Assembly (NCBI RefSeq): GCF_002305855.1 | Contig: NZ_CP022163.1 | Span: 6,875,765-6,939,764 of the forward strand | Length of the DNA: 64,000 nucleotides | Direction of reading: 5' to 3' | Origin: Melittangium boletus DSM 14713 | GTDB taxonomy: Bacteria > Myxococcota > Myxococcia > Myxococcales > Myxococcaceae | The notes under the pieces: model-generated | Seen by the model: only the letters and a program-made list of their open reading frames with translations | Told to the model about the DNA's origin: nothing | The model's database searches: none | In this document: piece by piece, positions 1 through 8,882 of the stretch | How positions within the stretch are numbered: position 1 is the first letter of the stretch | Layout of the letters: each line of letters opens with the position of its first letter | Made by a program: the position numbers and the translations under genes

Positions 1-424
1 CTCGCAGGGCGAGCGCCATGAAGTAGGGGCCCGCGTAGGGGGAGCGGAAGCCCGAGGCCGCCGCCGCGGTGAAGCCGAACCGCTCGTAATAAGGAGGCTC
101 GCCCAGGACGAACACCGCCTCCCAGCCGCCCTGGCGCGCGCGGGCGAGCCCTTCCCGGATGAGCGCGCCGCCCACGCCCCGGCGTTGCGCGCCTGGCATC
201 ACCGCGACCGGCGCCAGTCCCAGGGCCCGCATGGGCGCCTCCATCCGGGAGAACAGGACATGGCCGACGAGCGCGCCCGCCTCCTCCGCCACGAGCGAGA
301 GCACGGTATCGCCGCTGTCGCGCAGGGCGTCCACCAGCGCCGCTTCCTCGGGGCGGCCAAAGGCGTGCTCGACGATCCGGCGGATGGCCTCGACGTCCGC
401 GGGTGCTTCTTCTCGGAGGAGCAT
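1..424 (-). CDS. GNAT family N-acetyltransferase (C-terminus cut by window edge)
   Basis: Reverse-strand translation from the ATG at 424 reads MLLREEAPADVEAIRRIVEHAFGRPEEAALVDALRD...GVGGALIREGLARARQGGWEAVFVLGEPPYYERFGF, which matches the acetyl-CoA binding motif region of GNAT enzymes. The ORF runs off the window start. Confidence 0.7.
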   Translation of the reverse strand, partial: MLLREEAPADVEAIRRIVEHAFGRPEEAALVDALRDSGDTVLSLVAEEAGALVGHVLFSRMEAPMRALGLAPVAVMPGAQRRGVGGALIREGLARARQGGWEAVFVLGEPPYYERFGFTAAAASGFRSPYAGPYFMALALR

Positions 425-448
425 GTTCCGCCTGCCTTGTCGTGCGAA

Positions 449-1411
449 TCAGGGTCCGGCCAGCACTATCACATGGCCCGTGACGGGTTGGCCCGCCTGG
501 CGGCGCAGCGTCTCCTCGCGCTCCACCACCGGGTGCAGGCCCGTCGCGTGGGCGCACCGCCTCACGTAGTCGAGGTGGTGGGCATAGCGCGCGCTCGGTT
601 GGAGCTGGTAGCCGGGCTCGCGGCTCTTCTCCACGGTGAACGCGAACAGGCCGCCGGGAGCGAGCCGCCGGGCCCCGAGGGCGAAGACCCTCTCCAGCGC
701 GCCGAAGTAGACGAGCACGTCCACGGCGACGATGAGATCGTACCGGGAGGAGGAGATGCCCAGCTCCGCGGTGATTTCCCCCGCCCGGAGCGAGTCGTAC
801 AGGTGTCGTTCCCGCGCCTTGTCGAGCATGCGCGGGGACAGGTCGATTCCCTCCAGGCGGCGGGCCAGGGGCCGGAGCAGGGGGCCGGCGAGCCCCGTGC
901 CGCAGCCCAGGTCCAGCACGTCCAGCGCGCTCCGGGGTCCGAGCGCGGACTGGACGGCCTCCATGAGGCGCTCGGGGGCGCGGTAGGCGAGCAGGCCGCG
1001 CAGGCTGTCGTCGAAGCTCGGCGCGTAGAGGTCGAACAGCGCGGCCACGTACGCACTGGCCGAGCGTTCCGGTGGCGTGCTCCCGGTCTCGGCCGCCTCC
1101 AGGTAGGCGATCACCGCGTCGCGCTCGGCCTCGGGCACGCCCAGGTCACGGCAGCGACGCTCCTGGAGCTGGCGGCGCAAGGGGACTTCCTCGTCGCCCC
1201 GGCCCAGCTCCCGCAGCACGGCGATGAGCGTCTTGAGGGCGTCCTTGTCCTCGGGTTGCTGCTCCAGGTGCTCGCGCAGCGCGGCCTCGGCGGCCAGGGG
1301 CTCGCGCCACGAGCGCAGGAGCTGGGCGCCCAGGCTGGGGGGCACGTCCCGGGCCTCGTCGACGCCACACGCTTCCAGTCGCGCACGCCAATCCAGGAGG
1401 GAGGAGTTCAT
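449..1411 (-). CDS. class I SAM-dependent methyltransferase
   Basis: 320-aa ORF with the VLDLGCGTG motif I and high GC3. Confidence 0.8.
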   Translation of the reverse strand: MNSSLLDWRARLEACGVDEARDVPPSLGAQLLRSWREPLAAEAALREHLEQQPEDKDALKTLIAVLRELGRGDEEVPLRRQLQERRCRDLGVPEAERDAVIAYLEAAETGSTPPERSASAYVAALFDLYAPSFDDSLRGLLAYRAPERLMEAVQSALGPRSALDVLDLGCGTGLAGPLLRPLARRLEGIDLSPRMLDKARERHLYDSLRAGEITAELGISSSRYDLIVAVDVLVYFGALERVFALGARRLAPGGLFAFTVEKSREPGYQLQPSARYAHHLDYVRRCAHATGLHPVVEREETLRRQAGQPVTGHVIVLAGP

Positions 1412-1426
1412 GGGGGTGGAGGCTCG

Positions 1427-2071
1427 TTACTTGCGGCGCAGCACATAGACGGCCCGCTGGGAGCTGGGCTCCCGGGGCTGCAACACCCCGGGATGGAAGG
1501 GGGCACCGACCAGGGCCATCATCCCATCCATGTTGCCGTTCATGAAGTACGGGTCGATGCCCGACTGGGCCCCGAGCGCGGCGTGGAACTCGGGCTGCAC
1601 CTCGAAGCTCACCTCGAGCGAGCCATTCGGCAGGAAGCGCGTCTGGGCCGACAGGAAGTTGGTTCCGGACTGGAGCCCCCGGGTGATGCGCGAGAGGGAG
1701 CTGGCCCAGCCGAGCATCCGGAACATCACGAACACGGCCCGGCCCATTCCCGTCCGGCCAAAGGTATCCACGAGCTCGCGGCCAATGCGGTAGCGCGCCT
1801 GCTCGATGGGCAGGTCGGGGTAGAGGATTTCCGCGCACACCCCCACGGCGCCAAACCACGTGGGGACGGAGTAGGCGACGAGGAAGGGCTGGTCCAGATC
1901 GATGCCAATGGCCTTGAGCCGCTTGCGCTTGTCCGAGTCGAACCGTTCCTTCTCGACGAGCTTGAAGAGGGACTCGACCACCTGGCTGAAGACCACGGGC
2001 TCTTTCTGGCTCAAGACAGCACTCATCATTCGCCAAATCCCCCGCTTCGGCCCTGGCGGCTCGCGGGCCAT
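1427..2071 (-). CDS. Myxococcus paralogous family protein (TIGR02265/DUF2378-like); true start is probably the internal Met near 2029
   Basis: The EPVVFSQVVESLF N-terminal signature and a length near 200 aa fit the myxobacteria-specific paralog family. This rests on my recollection of that family. Confidence 0.45.
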   Translation of the reverse strand: MAREPPGPKRGIWRMMSAVLSQKEPVVFSQVVESLFKLVEKERFDSDKRKRLKAIGIDLDQPFLVAYSVPTWFGAVGVCAEILYPDLPIEQARYRIGRELVDTFGRTGMGRAVFVMFRMLGWASSLSRITRGLQSGTNFLSAQTRFLPNGSLEVSFEVQPEFHAALGAQSGIDPYFMNGNMDGMMALVGAPFHPGVLQPREPSSQRAVYVLRRK

Positions 2072-2148
2072 CCGCGACGCGGTGCGCGGCAGGGTAGTCC
2101 CCTCGGGGGGTGTCGACTACTTCTGACTGCGGGAAGCCGCGGACATCG

Positions 2149-3444
2149 TCAGATGGCGGATGGCAGGCCTTCCGAGGCGTCCACTACCTTCTCCAAGGCC
2201 CTGATTCCCTTGCGCTGTCCCACCGCCACCACGGTGAGGTTGTCCCGGGCGAAGTAGCGCCGGGCCACGTCGCGCACCCGCTCGGCGCTGGTTTCGTCCA
2301 CCAGGTCCGCGCGCCGGCCGAAGGATTCAGGAAGGCGGAAGAGTTCCGTGCCGCCAAACCATCCGGACAGCTCCCCGGGGGCGTCCTGGGAAAATTCCAG
2401 CAGCATCCGGTGGCGCCGTTTGGCACGTGTCAGCTCTTCCTCGGCCACGGTCTGACTGGCCAACTCCCCCAGCACCCGGAAGGTCTCCGCCACGACGAGC
2501 GAGGCCCGCTCCGGTGCGCTCGCCGCCTCGATCTCGAAGATGCCCGCGTCGTGGAAGGCCTCCAGCGAGGCATGGACGGAGTAGGCGAGCCCCCGCTTCT
2601 CGACGATTTCGAAGGGCAGCCGGGACGACAGGCCATCGTCGAGAAATCGACGGAGCAGTTGCAGGGCGGGCCAGTCTGGGTGGTGCTCGGGCACGGTGCG
2701 GAAGCTCAGGCGGAACTCCGTCTGGGCTTCGTCGTGGGTGACGACGTGCAGGCGCGGGCCCCGGGGCGTGGGGGGCGGGGGAATGTCCTGGCTCTGGGGG
2801 CCGTGGGGCAGCCGGGCGAAGTGCCGCTCCACGAGCTCGAGCACCTGCTCGCGCTGGACCCGGCCCGCGGCCGTCACCACCAGGTTGCCGGTGACATAGT
2901 GGCGCGCGAAGTGCTCGAGCACCTGCGGGTGGGTGAGCTGGGAGACGGACTCGCGCGTGCCGGCGATCTTGAAGGCCAGGGGGTGGTCCGGGAAGAGCGC
3001 GCGCTTGGACAGGTTGTCGATGTCGATGTCCCGGCCCTTCTCGTCCACCTCGTCGAGCATCTCCTCGAGGATGATGTTGCGCTCCACCTCCATGTCGGTG
3101 AGCCGGGGGCGGGTGAGCATGTCGCCGAGGATGGCCATGCCCACGTCCAGGTGCGCGGGGTGCAGGGGGGTGTAGTAGTAGCCGTGATCGCGCGTGGTGA
3201 CGCCATTGAGGTTGCCGCCCACCTCCTCCACGGCGGAGTTCATCCGCACGGTGTCGGGCCAGCCCTCGGAGCCCCGGAAGAAGAGGTGCTCGAGGAAGTG
3301 GCTGACGCCGTTGGTGAGGTGCGTCTCATGGCGGCTGCCGGTGCGCACGTACACCGCGAGCAGGGCGGTGTGCAGGTGAGGAGTCTCGACGGTGACGACA
3401 CGCAGGCCGTTGGACAGCACGTCGCGGTGGTAGGTGAAGCTCAT
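2149..3444 (-). CDS. M16 family zinc metallopeptidase (pitrilysin-like)
   Basis: HFLEH inverted zinc-binding motif (HxxEH) and a length of about 430 aa. The start ATG overlaps the stop of the upstream histidine kinase (ATGA). Confidence 0.8.
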   Translation of the reverse strand: MSFTYHRDVLSNGLRVVTVETPHLHTALLAVYVRTGSRHETHLTNGVSHFLEHLFFRGSEGWPDTVRMNSAVEEVGGNLNGVTTRDHGYYYTPLHPAHLDVGMAILGDMLTRPRLTDMEVERNIILEEMLDEVDEKGRDIDIDNLSKRALFPDHPLAFKIAGTRESVSQLTHPQVLEHFARHYVTGNLVVTAAGRVQREQVLELVERHFARLPHGPQSQDIPPPPTPRGPRLHVVTHDEAQTEFRLSFRTVPEHHPDWPALQLLRRFLDDGLSSRLPFEIVEKRGLAYSVHASLEAFHDAGIFEIEAASAPERASLVVAETFRVLGELASQTVAEEELTRAKRRHRMLLEFSQDAPGELSGWFGGTELFRLPESFGRRADLVDETSAERVRDVARRYFARDNLTVVAVGQRKGIRALEKVVDASEGLPSAI

Positions 3445-4982
3445 GCGCGGGGAAGCCTGACGAAGAAGGTGGTGCCCTGGCCGGGTGCGCTCTGGCACGA
3501 GAGCTCGCCGCCGTGGGCCTTGAGGATCTGCTGGCAGACGGCGAGGCCGAGGCCCGTGCCGTCCTCCTTGGTGGAGAAGAAGGGCTCGAAGAGGTGGGCG
3601 CGCACGGCCTCGCTCATGCCGTGGCCGGTGTCGCGCAGGGAGACTTCCACCTCGCGCGCGTGGGCCTGGGTGGTGATGGTGAGCCGGCCGCCGTCGAGCA
3701 TGGCCTCGCGCGCGTTGCGCAGGAGGTTGAGGAAGACCTGGCGCAGCTGTCCCTCGTCGGCGAGGGCGCGGGGGTTGGCCGGGGACAGCTCGCGGACGAC
3801 CTCCACGCCGGCGCGCTCCAGCTCCTCGCGCGAGAAGTCCAGCACGCTGGCGAGCACCTCGGTGACGTCCGTGGGCTCGAGGCTGGGGCGCGGGGGGCGG
3901 GCCATGCGCAGGTATTGCTCGGTGACCTCGGTGAGCCGGTCCACCTCGCGGGTGACGGCGCCGAGGATTTCGCGGGCCTCGTGCGCCTCGGCGGGCGAGT
4001 CGAAGGTGGCATGCGCGAAGGCGTCCTGCATGAGCTCCACGTTGAGTCCGATGGAGGACAGGGGGTTGCGCACCTCGTGGGCCACCTGGGCGGAGATGCG
4101 GCCCACGGCGGCCAGCTGCTCGGCGCGCATGAGGGCCTCGGCCTGGGCCTTGAGCTGGGCCTCGCGCGCCTGGAGCGAGCGGGCCATGGCGTCGAATTCC
4201 CGGGCGAGCACCGCCACCTCGTCCTCGCCCGCCACGCCGAGCTGGGCGCTGTAGTCGCCGCGGCCGATGCGGGACACGGCCTCGATGAGGGTGCGCACCG
4301 GGCGCAGCGTGCGCGCCGACCAGGCGGTGGCGACGAGGCCCACGATGATGGCCAGCACGGACAGGGTGATGATGGCCAGACCCGTCCTGCGCTCCCGCTC
4401 CTCGGCCCCGTCCACGCGCTCGCGGATGCGGTTGTTGAGCACGGCGCGCAGGAAGCGGATGTCGCGGCCGATGGCGGTCTCCTGCTGGCGCAGCTCGGCG
4501 CCGACGCGCGCCACCTCGTCCGGGGCGGGGGCCTCGCGGGCGAGCACGGTGAAGACGGCCTCCGCCGCTCGCCCGTAGGACTGGGCGCGCAGGGACAGCT
4601 CCGCCAGGCGCGACTCCAGGTCCATCACGAAGCGCACCTCGCCCGCGGGAGCCAGCCCCCGGACTTCCCGGGCCCGGTCCTGGGCCTCGCGCAGGCGCTC
4701 CGTCATGAGGGAGGGGACGTAGAGCCGGGCCAGCCGGATGAAGCCCCGCCGGGTCTCCGCGCTGGGCTCCTCGAGGATGCGCTCGGTGTCCTTCTCCTGG
4801 TTGGTGTGGAAGGACTCGAGCGCGGCGGCGTCCTGGGACAACTGTAGGTAGCCCTGGCTGACCAGGCGGATTTCCAGTTGGTTGCGGTGCAGCTCCGCCA
4901 CGCTGAAGAGCGACACCGCGCCAAAGGTGACGAGCACCACCGCGTAGCCCAGGAAGATGCGGGTGGCGAGCGAGAGCTTCAT
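3441..4982 (-). CDS. sensor histidine kinase (TM-HAMP-HisKA-HATPase)
   Basis: Two TM segments and an HEVRNPL H-box, then N/G-box motifs (LLRNAREAM, DTGHGM, GTGLGLAV). The start is set at the Met of MKLSLATR; the upstream in-frame extension is a high-GC artefact. Confidence 0.8.
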   Translation of the reverse strand: MKLSLATRIFLGYAVVLVTFGAVSLFSVAELHRNQLEIRLVSQGYLQLSQDAAALESFHTNQEKDTERILEEPSAETRRGFIRLARLYVPSLMTERLREAQDRAREVRGLAPAGEVRFVMDLESRLAELSLRAQSYGRAAEAVFTVLAREAPAPDEVARVGAELRQQETAIGRDIRFLRAVLNNRIRERVDGAEERERRTGLAIITLSVLAIIVGLVATAWSARTLRPVRTLIEAVSRIGRGDYSAQLGVAGEDEVAVLAREFDAMARSLQAREAQLKAQAEALMRAEQLAAVGRISAQVAHEVRNPLSSIGLNVELMQDAFAHATFDSPAEAHEAREILGAVTREVDRLTEVTEQYLRMARPPRPSLEPTDVTEVLASVLDFSREELERAGVEVVRELSPANPRALADEGQLRQVFLNLLRNAREAMLDGGRLTITTQAHAREVEVSLRDTGHGMSEAVRAHLFEPFFSTKEDGTGLGLAVCQQILKAHGGELSCQSAPGQGTTFFVRLPRA

Positions 4983-5099
4983 TCGGGGGACGGAAGGCCG
5001 CGTTGACCAGGGCCAGAAGGCATCGCTACGCTCGCGCCGGTCCGAGCGCAAGCCCTCTTTCGTCTGTGCCGGAATGGGCGGGGCTCGAAAGGGAGCGAC

Positions 5100-6635
5100 A
5101 TGAGGCGCGGGACAGGCATGGGGCGCGGTGGGCGGCCGGGCTGGAAGGCGCTCGCCGTCACGATGGGAGGGTGGCTCCTGGGGGGGTGTGGCGAGCAGGT
5201 GAGCCCCAGTGTGCGGCTGAGCACGCGGGTGTGCTCCGGGACGCCGGTGCTGGAGGGGGTGCGCTATCTGCGCTGGCGCGTCACGGGCGTGGGCCTGGAG
5301 CCCGTGGAGCGCTTCACCCCGGTGGAGGAAGGCGTGCGGGGGGCTCCCGCCGTGGCGTCCGGCAAGGGCCGGGTGCTGGAGGTGCGGGGGTACACGGATC
5401 TGCCCGTGTCGGGAGGCCGGGTGGTGGCCGTGGGGCGTTCGCATGCCTCCGACTGGAGCGCCACGCCGGAGGGCTCCACCGTGGACGTCGCCCTGCGCCG
5501 GGTGGGCGAGTACACACGGCCGTCGCTCGATGGGGACGCGTGCCTGGAGCTGGCGGAGGCCCGGGCGGGGCACACGGCGACCCTGCTGGAGGATGGGCGG
5601 GTGTTGCTCGCCGGGGGTTTCCAACTGGATTCCGAGGGCAGGCCCTCCTCGCTGGCCTCGGTGGAGGTGTTCCATCCGTCGCGAGGCTCCCTGGAGCGCC
5701 TGCCAGACTTGAGCGCCGCGCGCGCCTTCCACACGGCGACACGGCTGCCGGATGGCCAGGTGATGCTGGTGGGCGGCGAGGTGTGGACGGCGGGGGAGGC
5801 CGTGCCCTTGAAGGTGGCCCAGGTCCTGGACGTGGCGGCGGCGCGGTCCACGAGCGTGGAGTGGGCGCATGCGCGCGGCCGTCACGCGGCGGCGGTGGAC
5901 GCGAGCGGGCGGGTGCTCGTGGTGGGCGGCGTGGGCGAGGGCGGACGCGTGGTGACCGAGGCCGAGGGGTATGACTCCACCACGGGCCGGGTGTTCTCCG
6001 TGGCGACCCCGGTGGCCCGGGTGGGCATGGGAGCGCAAGCCCTCGGGGACGGTCAGCGCATCGCGGTGGTGGGCGGCTCGGATGGGGTGACGCTCCAACC
6101 GGACGTGCTGGTCTTCGCGTACCAGGAAGACAGCTTCGTGCCGGTGTCGGGCGGCGGCGTGCTGCGCGAGCCCCGGCGGGACGCGGCGCTGGTTCCGTTT
6201 GGCTCGGGGGAGCGGCTGCTGTACGTGGGCGGACATGCCTCGCCCGGTGAGGCGTTGACGGACACGCTGCTGGCCTCGTCGGAGATGGTTCTCTCGGAGG
6301 GAGCGTTGAACGCGGGAGCCGCGCCCCAGGTGTTCGCCCGGAGCGGTCCCTGCGCGGTGGCACTGCCGGATGGGCGGGTGATGACGCTGGGCGGGCGGGG
6401 CTTCGGCTCCGGCGGACTCGTGAGCGATCCACACGCGGAACTGCTCTTCCCGGGGAAGGACGGAAGCGGGGCGGGCGTCCTCGGGATGAAGAACCTGGAG
6501 CGGCCTCGCTACGAGCACACGTGCACGGTGCTGGAGGATGGCGCGGTGCTCGTCGCGGGGGGCGTGGAGGACGACGGAGGCGAGCGCGCGACGCTGGGCG
6601 ACCTCTTCGTCTACACGCCTCCTCCGCTGGACTGA
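5100..6635 (+). CDS. Kelch-repeat beta-propeller lipoprotein
   Basis: Signal peptide with lipobox LLGGC. Repeated GG..G...VGG / DG.VL.GG Kelch-like blades. Confidence 0.7.
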   Translation: MRRGTGMGRGGRPGWKALAVTMGGWLLGGCGEQVSPSVRLSTRVCSGTPVLEGVRYLRWRVTGVGLEPVERFTPVEEGVRGAPAVASGKGRVLEVRGYTDLPVSGGRVVAVGRSHASDWSATPEGSTVDVALRRVGEYTRPSLDGDACLELAEARAGHTATLLEDGRVLLAGGFQLDSEGRPSSLASVEVFHPSRGSLERLPDLSAARAFHTATRLPDGQVMLVGGEVWTAGEAVPLKVAQVLDVAAARSTSVEWAHARGRHAAAVDASGRVLVVGGVGEGGRVVTEAEGYDSTTGRVFSVATPVARVGMGAQALGDGQRIAVVGGSDGVTLQPDVLVFAYQEDSFVPVSGGGVLREPRRDAALVPFGSGERLLYVGGHASPGEALTDTLLASSEMVLSEGALNAGAAPQVFARSGPCAVALPDGRVMTLGGRGFGSGGLVSDPHAELLFPGKDGSGAGVLGMKNLERPRYEHTCTVLEDGAVLVAGGVEDDGGERATLGDLFVYTPPPLD

Positions 6636-6636
6636 C

Positions 6637-6669
6637 GGCTCCTTCTTCCCGGAGGGGCGAGAAGGAGCC
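6637..6669. terminator. hairpin (10-bp stem GGCTCCTTCT / AGAAGGAGCC) between convergent genes
   Basis: Perfect inverted repeat located directly between the stop codons of 5100-6635 (+) and 6678-7763 (-). Confidence 0.5.
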
Positions 6670-6677
6670 GGGACGGC

Positions 6678-7763
6678 CTACGGGGTCGCGGGCTTGTCTT
6701 CCGGAGTGGCCTCGGTCGCCGCGGGCTGCTCGGAGGACGCGCTGGGGGCCTCGGGAGCCGGGGTGGCGGCGGCCTGCTGCTGCGCGGCCTCGGCGGCGGC
6801 GCGGGCCTGCGTGGCCTCCTCCACCTTGCGGTCGCTGGCGGCCATCTCGTCCGGCGTCAGCTCCGTGCGCTCGGCCAGCATGCCCGTCTTCTTCTCCAGA
6901 TCCTTGATGGCGCGGCGCAGCAGATCCCGCTCCAGCAGGGTGCGGTTGAGCCGCTTCTCCAGCGCCTTGTACTTGTCCTTCACCAGATCCAGCTCGCGCG
7001 AGCCGGCGGAGAAGATGCGCTGCTGCGAGTCGGCGCGGCCCTTGACGCGCTTGAGCTCGCGCTCCAGCTCGGCGGCGCGGCCGCGCTCCTTGTTGGCCGT
7101 GGCCTCCAGGCGCTCCATCTTCTCGCGGTCCGCGTCGTTCAGCTCGCGGTAGCGGCGGGGGGCCTTCTCGGCGGGAGGCGCCTCGGCCACGGCGGCGGGC
7201 ACCACGGTCGTGGAGGCGGACACCACCGTCTCACCGGACTGCGGCGGAGCGGACAGTTGCTGGGTCTGCACCGCCGAGGGCTGCGCGGCGGGCGCGGCGG
7301 GCGTCACGGCGGCGGGGGTGGGGGCGGGGGCATTGCGGCGGTTGCCGCGGCCCAGCTCCAGCTCGGAGCGCAGACGCGCCAGCTCCGTCTCGGCCTGGGC
7401 CAGCTCACCCCGGACCGCCTCGAGCTGCAGGGACGCGCTGCGTTCCACCTCGACGCGGGCGCGGGCCAGATCCTTCTCGCCCTTCTCGGCCTCCTTCTGC
7501 TCGTAATTCTTGCGCTTGGCCTGCTTGAGCTGCTCCTTGACCTCTTGCAGCTGCGTGCGCTGCTCGTTCAGCTCCTTGTTCTTGCGCTCAATCTCCGACT
7601 CCAGCCGGGCACGCGCCTTGGCCTCGGACTCCGCCGCCTCACCGCGCGCGGCGGAAGAGGAAGAGGGGAGGGCGGGCGCGGCGCTCGGGGCCTTGCGGAA
7701 GAGCAATATGCCAAGCGTGGTGAGGAAGCCGATCGAGACGGCGATGAGGAGTAATTCCAGCAC
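6678..7763 (-). CDS. membrane-anchored coiled-coil protein (GTG start)
   Basis: N-terminal TM helix, then about 330 aa of E/K/R/A/Q-rich heptad-like sequence with a central Ala/Pro/Thr-rich linker. Very high GC3. Confidence 0.6.
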   Translation of the reverse strand: MLELLLIAVSIGFLTTLGILLFRKAPSAAPALPSSSSAARGEAAESEAKARARLESEIERKNKELNEQRTQLQEVKEQLKQAKRKNYEQKEAEKGEKDLARARVEVERSASLQLEAVRGELAQAETELARLRSELELGRGNRRNAPAPTPAAVTPAAPAAQPSAVQTQQLSAPPQSGETVVSASTTVVPAAVAEAPPAEKAPRRYRELNDADREKMERLEATANKERGRAAELERELKRVKGRADSQQRIFSAGSRELDLVKDKYKALEKRLNRTLLERDLLRRAIKDLEKKTGMLAERTELTPDEMAASDRKVEEATQARAAAEAAQQQAAATPAPEAPSASSEQPAATEATPEDKPATP

Positions 7764-7993
7764 GAGGGGGATCTCCAGGGACGATGCAAAAAGCGGCGCA
7801 GCCTAACGTCGGAAGGCGGGACGTCAATAGGCGTCGTCGCCCGCCCACCCAGGGGACGGCCAGCTTCCCTTCCGTTCACTGGCCCGGAAATGACGCGGTG
7901 CGCCTCGGGGGGAAGGCGGCCGGGGGGCTATCTCCGGGGAGCGGAACACGCGATGCTGTGAGACCGCTCTCGTCTCGGAGGAACCCCCGCCTC

Positions 7994-8872
7994 ATGGCGC
8001 ACCTGGAGCTCATTCCCAAGGACAACATCTCCAGCTTCCGCAAACTCGCCATCGGAAGCTGGAAGACCGCGTACGACCCGACCGTGTACGGGACGCTGAC
8101 ACTGCGGATGGAGAAGGCCCTGGCCTACATCGAGGCCTTCCGTCAGAAGACGGGCATCCGCCTCACCGTCACGCACCTGATGGCCAAGGCCATGGCCGAG
8201 GCGCTGCGCCGCTGCCCCGAGGCCAATGCCATCCTGCGCTTCAACAAGATCTACCTGCGCAAGCGCATCACCATCTCCATGCTGGTGGTGCAGACGGATG
8301 GCGGCAAGGTGGACCTGAGCTCGGCGAAGATCGACGACGCGGAGCGCAAGAGCCTGCGGGACATCGCCACCGAGATGGAGAGGGCCTTCCAGCGGGTGCG
8401 CCAGCGCCAGGACGCGGTGATGGAGAAGGGCAAGGGCTCGGTGCAGAAGGTGCCCTATATGCTGCTCAATCTCTTCACCTGGCTCATGTCCTTCTTCATG
8501 TACACGCTGAACTGGGACATGCGGTGGGCGGGCATGCCCTATGACGCGTTCGGCTCGCTCATCCTCACCAACGTGGGCTCGCTGGGGCTGGATACGGCGT
8601 ATGTGCCGCTCGTGCCCTACTCGCGAGTGCCCATCCTCATCGCGCCGGGCGCGGTGAAGGACGCGCCCGTGGTGGAAAATGGCCAGGTGGTGGCGGGCAA
8701 GGTGATGAACGTCAACGCCACGTTCGATCACCGCTTCATCGACGGCATGCACGCGAGCGTCCTGGCCAAGACGCTGCGCGAGATGATGGAGGATCCCTTC
8801 ACGCACTTCGACTCGCTGGAGGACGTCCCCGCCGAGACGGGGACTGCCGCGCCTCGGGCGATCGCGGGGTAG
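7994..8872 (+). CDS. 2-oxoacid dehydrogenase E2-type acyltransferase catalytic-domain protein (no lipoyl domain)
   Basis: DHRFIDG catalytic motif near the C-terminus, CAT-like fold length, and no lipoyl or E3-binding domain. Confidence 0.7.
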   Translation: MAHLELIPKDNISSFRKLAIGSWKTAYDPTVYGTLTLRMEKALAYIEAFRQKTGIRLTVTHLMAKAMAEALRRCPEANAILRFNKIYLRKRITISMLVVQTDGGKVDLSSAKIDDAERKSLRDIATEMERAFQRVRQRQDAVMEKGKGSVQKVPYMLLNLFTWLMSFFMYTLNWDMRWAGMPYDAFGSLILTNVGSLGLDTAYVPLVPYSRVPILIAPGAVKDAPVVENGQVVAGKVMNVNATFDHRFIDGMHASVLAKTLREMMEDPFTHFDSLEDVPAETGTAAPRAIAG

Positions 8873-8882
8873 GCGCCCGGGC

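Noticed and set aside
185-2257. 690-aa plus-strand ORF spanning the GNAT, methyltransferase and TIGR02265 loci
   Set aside because: The translation is Arg/Gly/Ala/Pro-rich and low-complexity. It is antisense to three motif-supported minus-strand genes, the usual long spurious frame in 70% GC DNA.
2110-4254. 714-aa plus-strand ORF antisense to the M16 peptidase and histidine kinase
   Set aside because: No motifs, homopolymeric amino-acid runs, and it overlaps well-supported genes on the other strand.
5314-6432. 372-aa minus-strand ORF of pure Pro/Arg/Ala repeats
   Set aside because: Compositional artefact opposite the Kelch-repeat gene.
4983-6518. N-terminal 500-aa extension of the histidine kinase ORF (3441-6518 minus)
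   Set aside because: The extension is a low-complexity R/P/A/H-rich translation antisense to the Kelch lipoprotein gene. The kinase has a clean Met-TM start at 4982.
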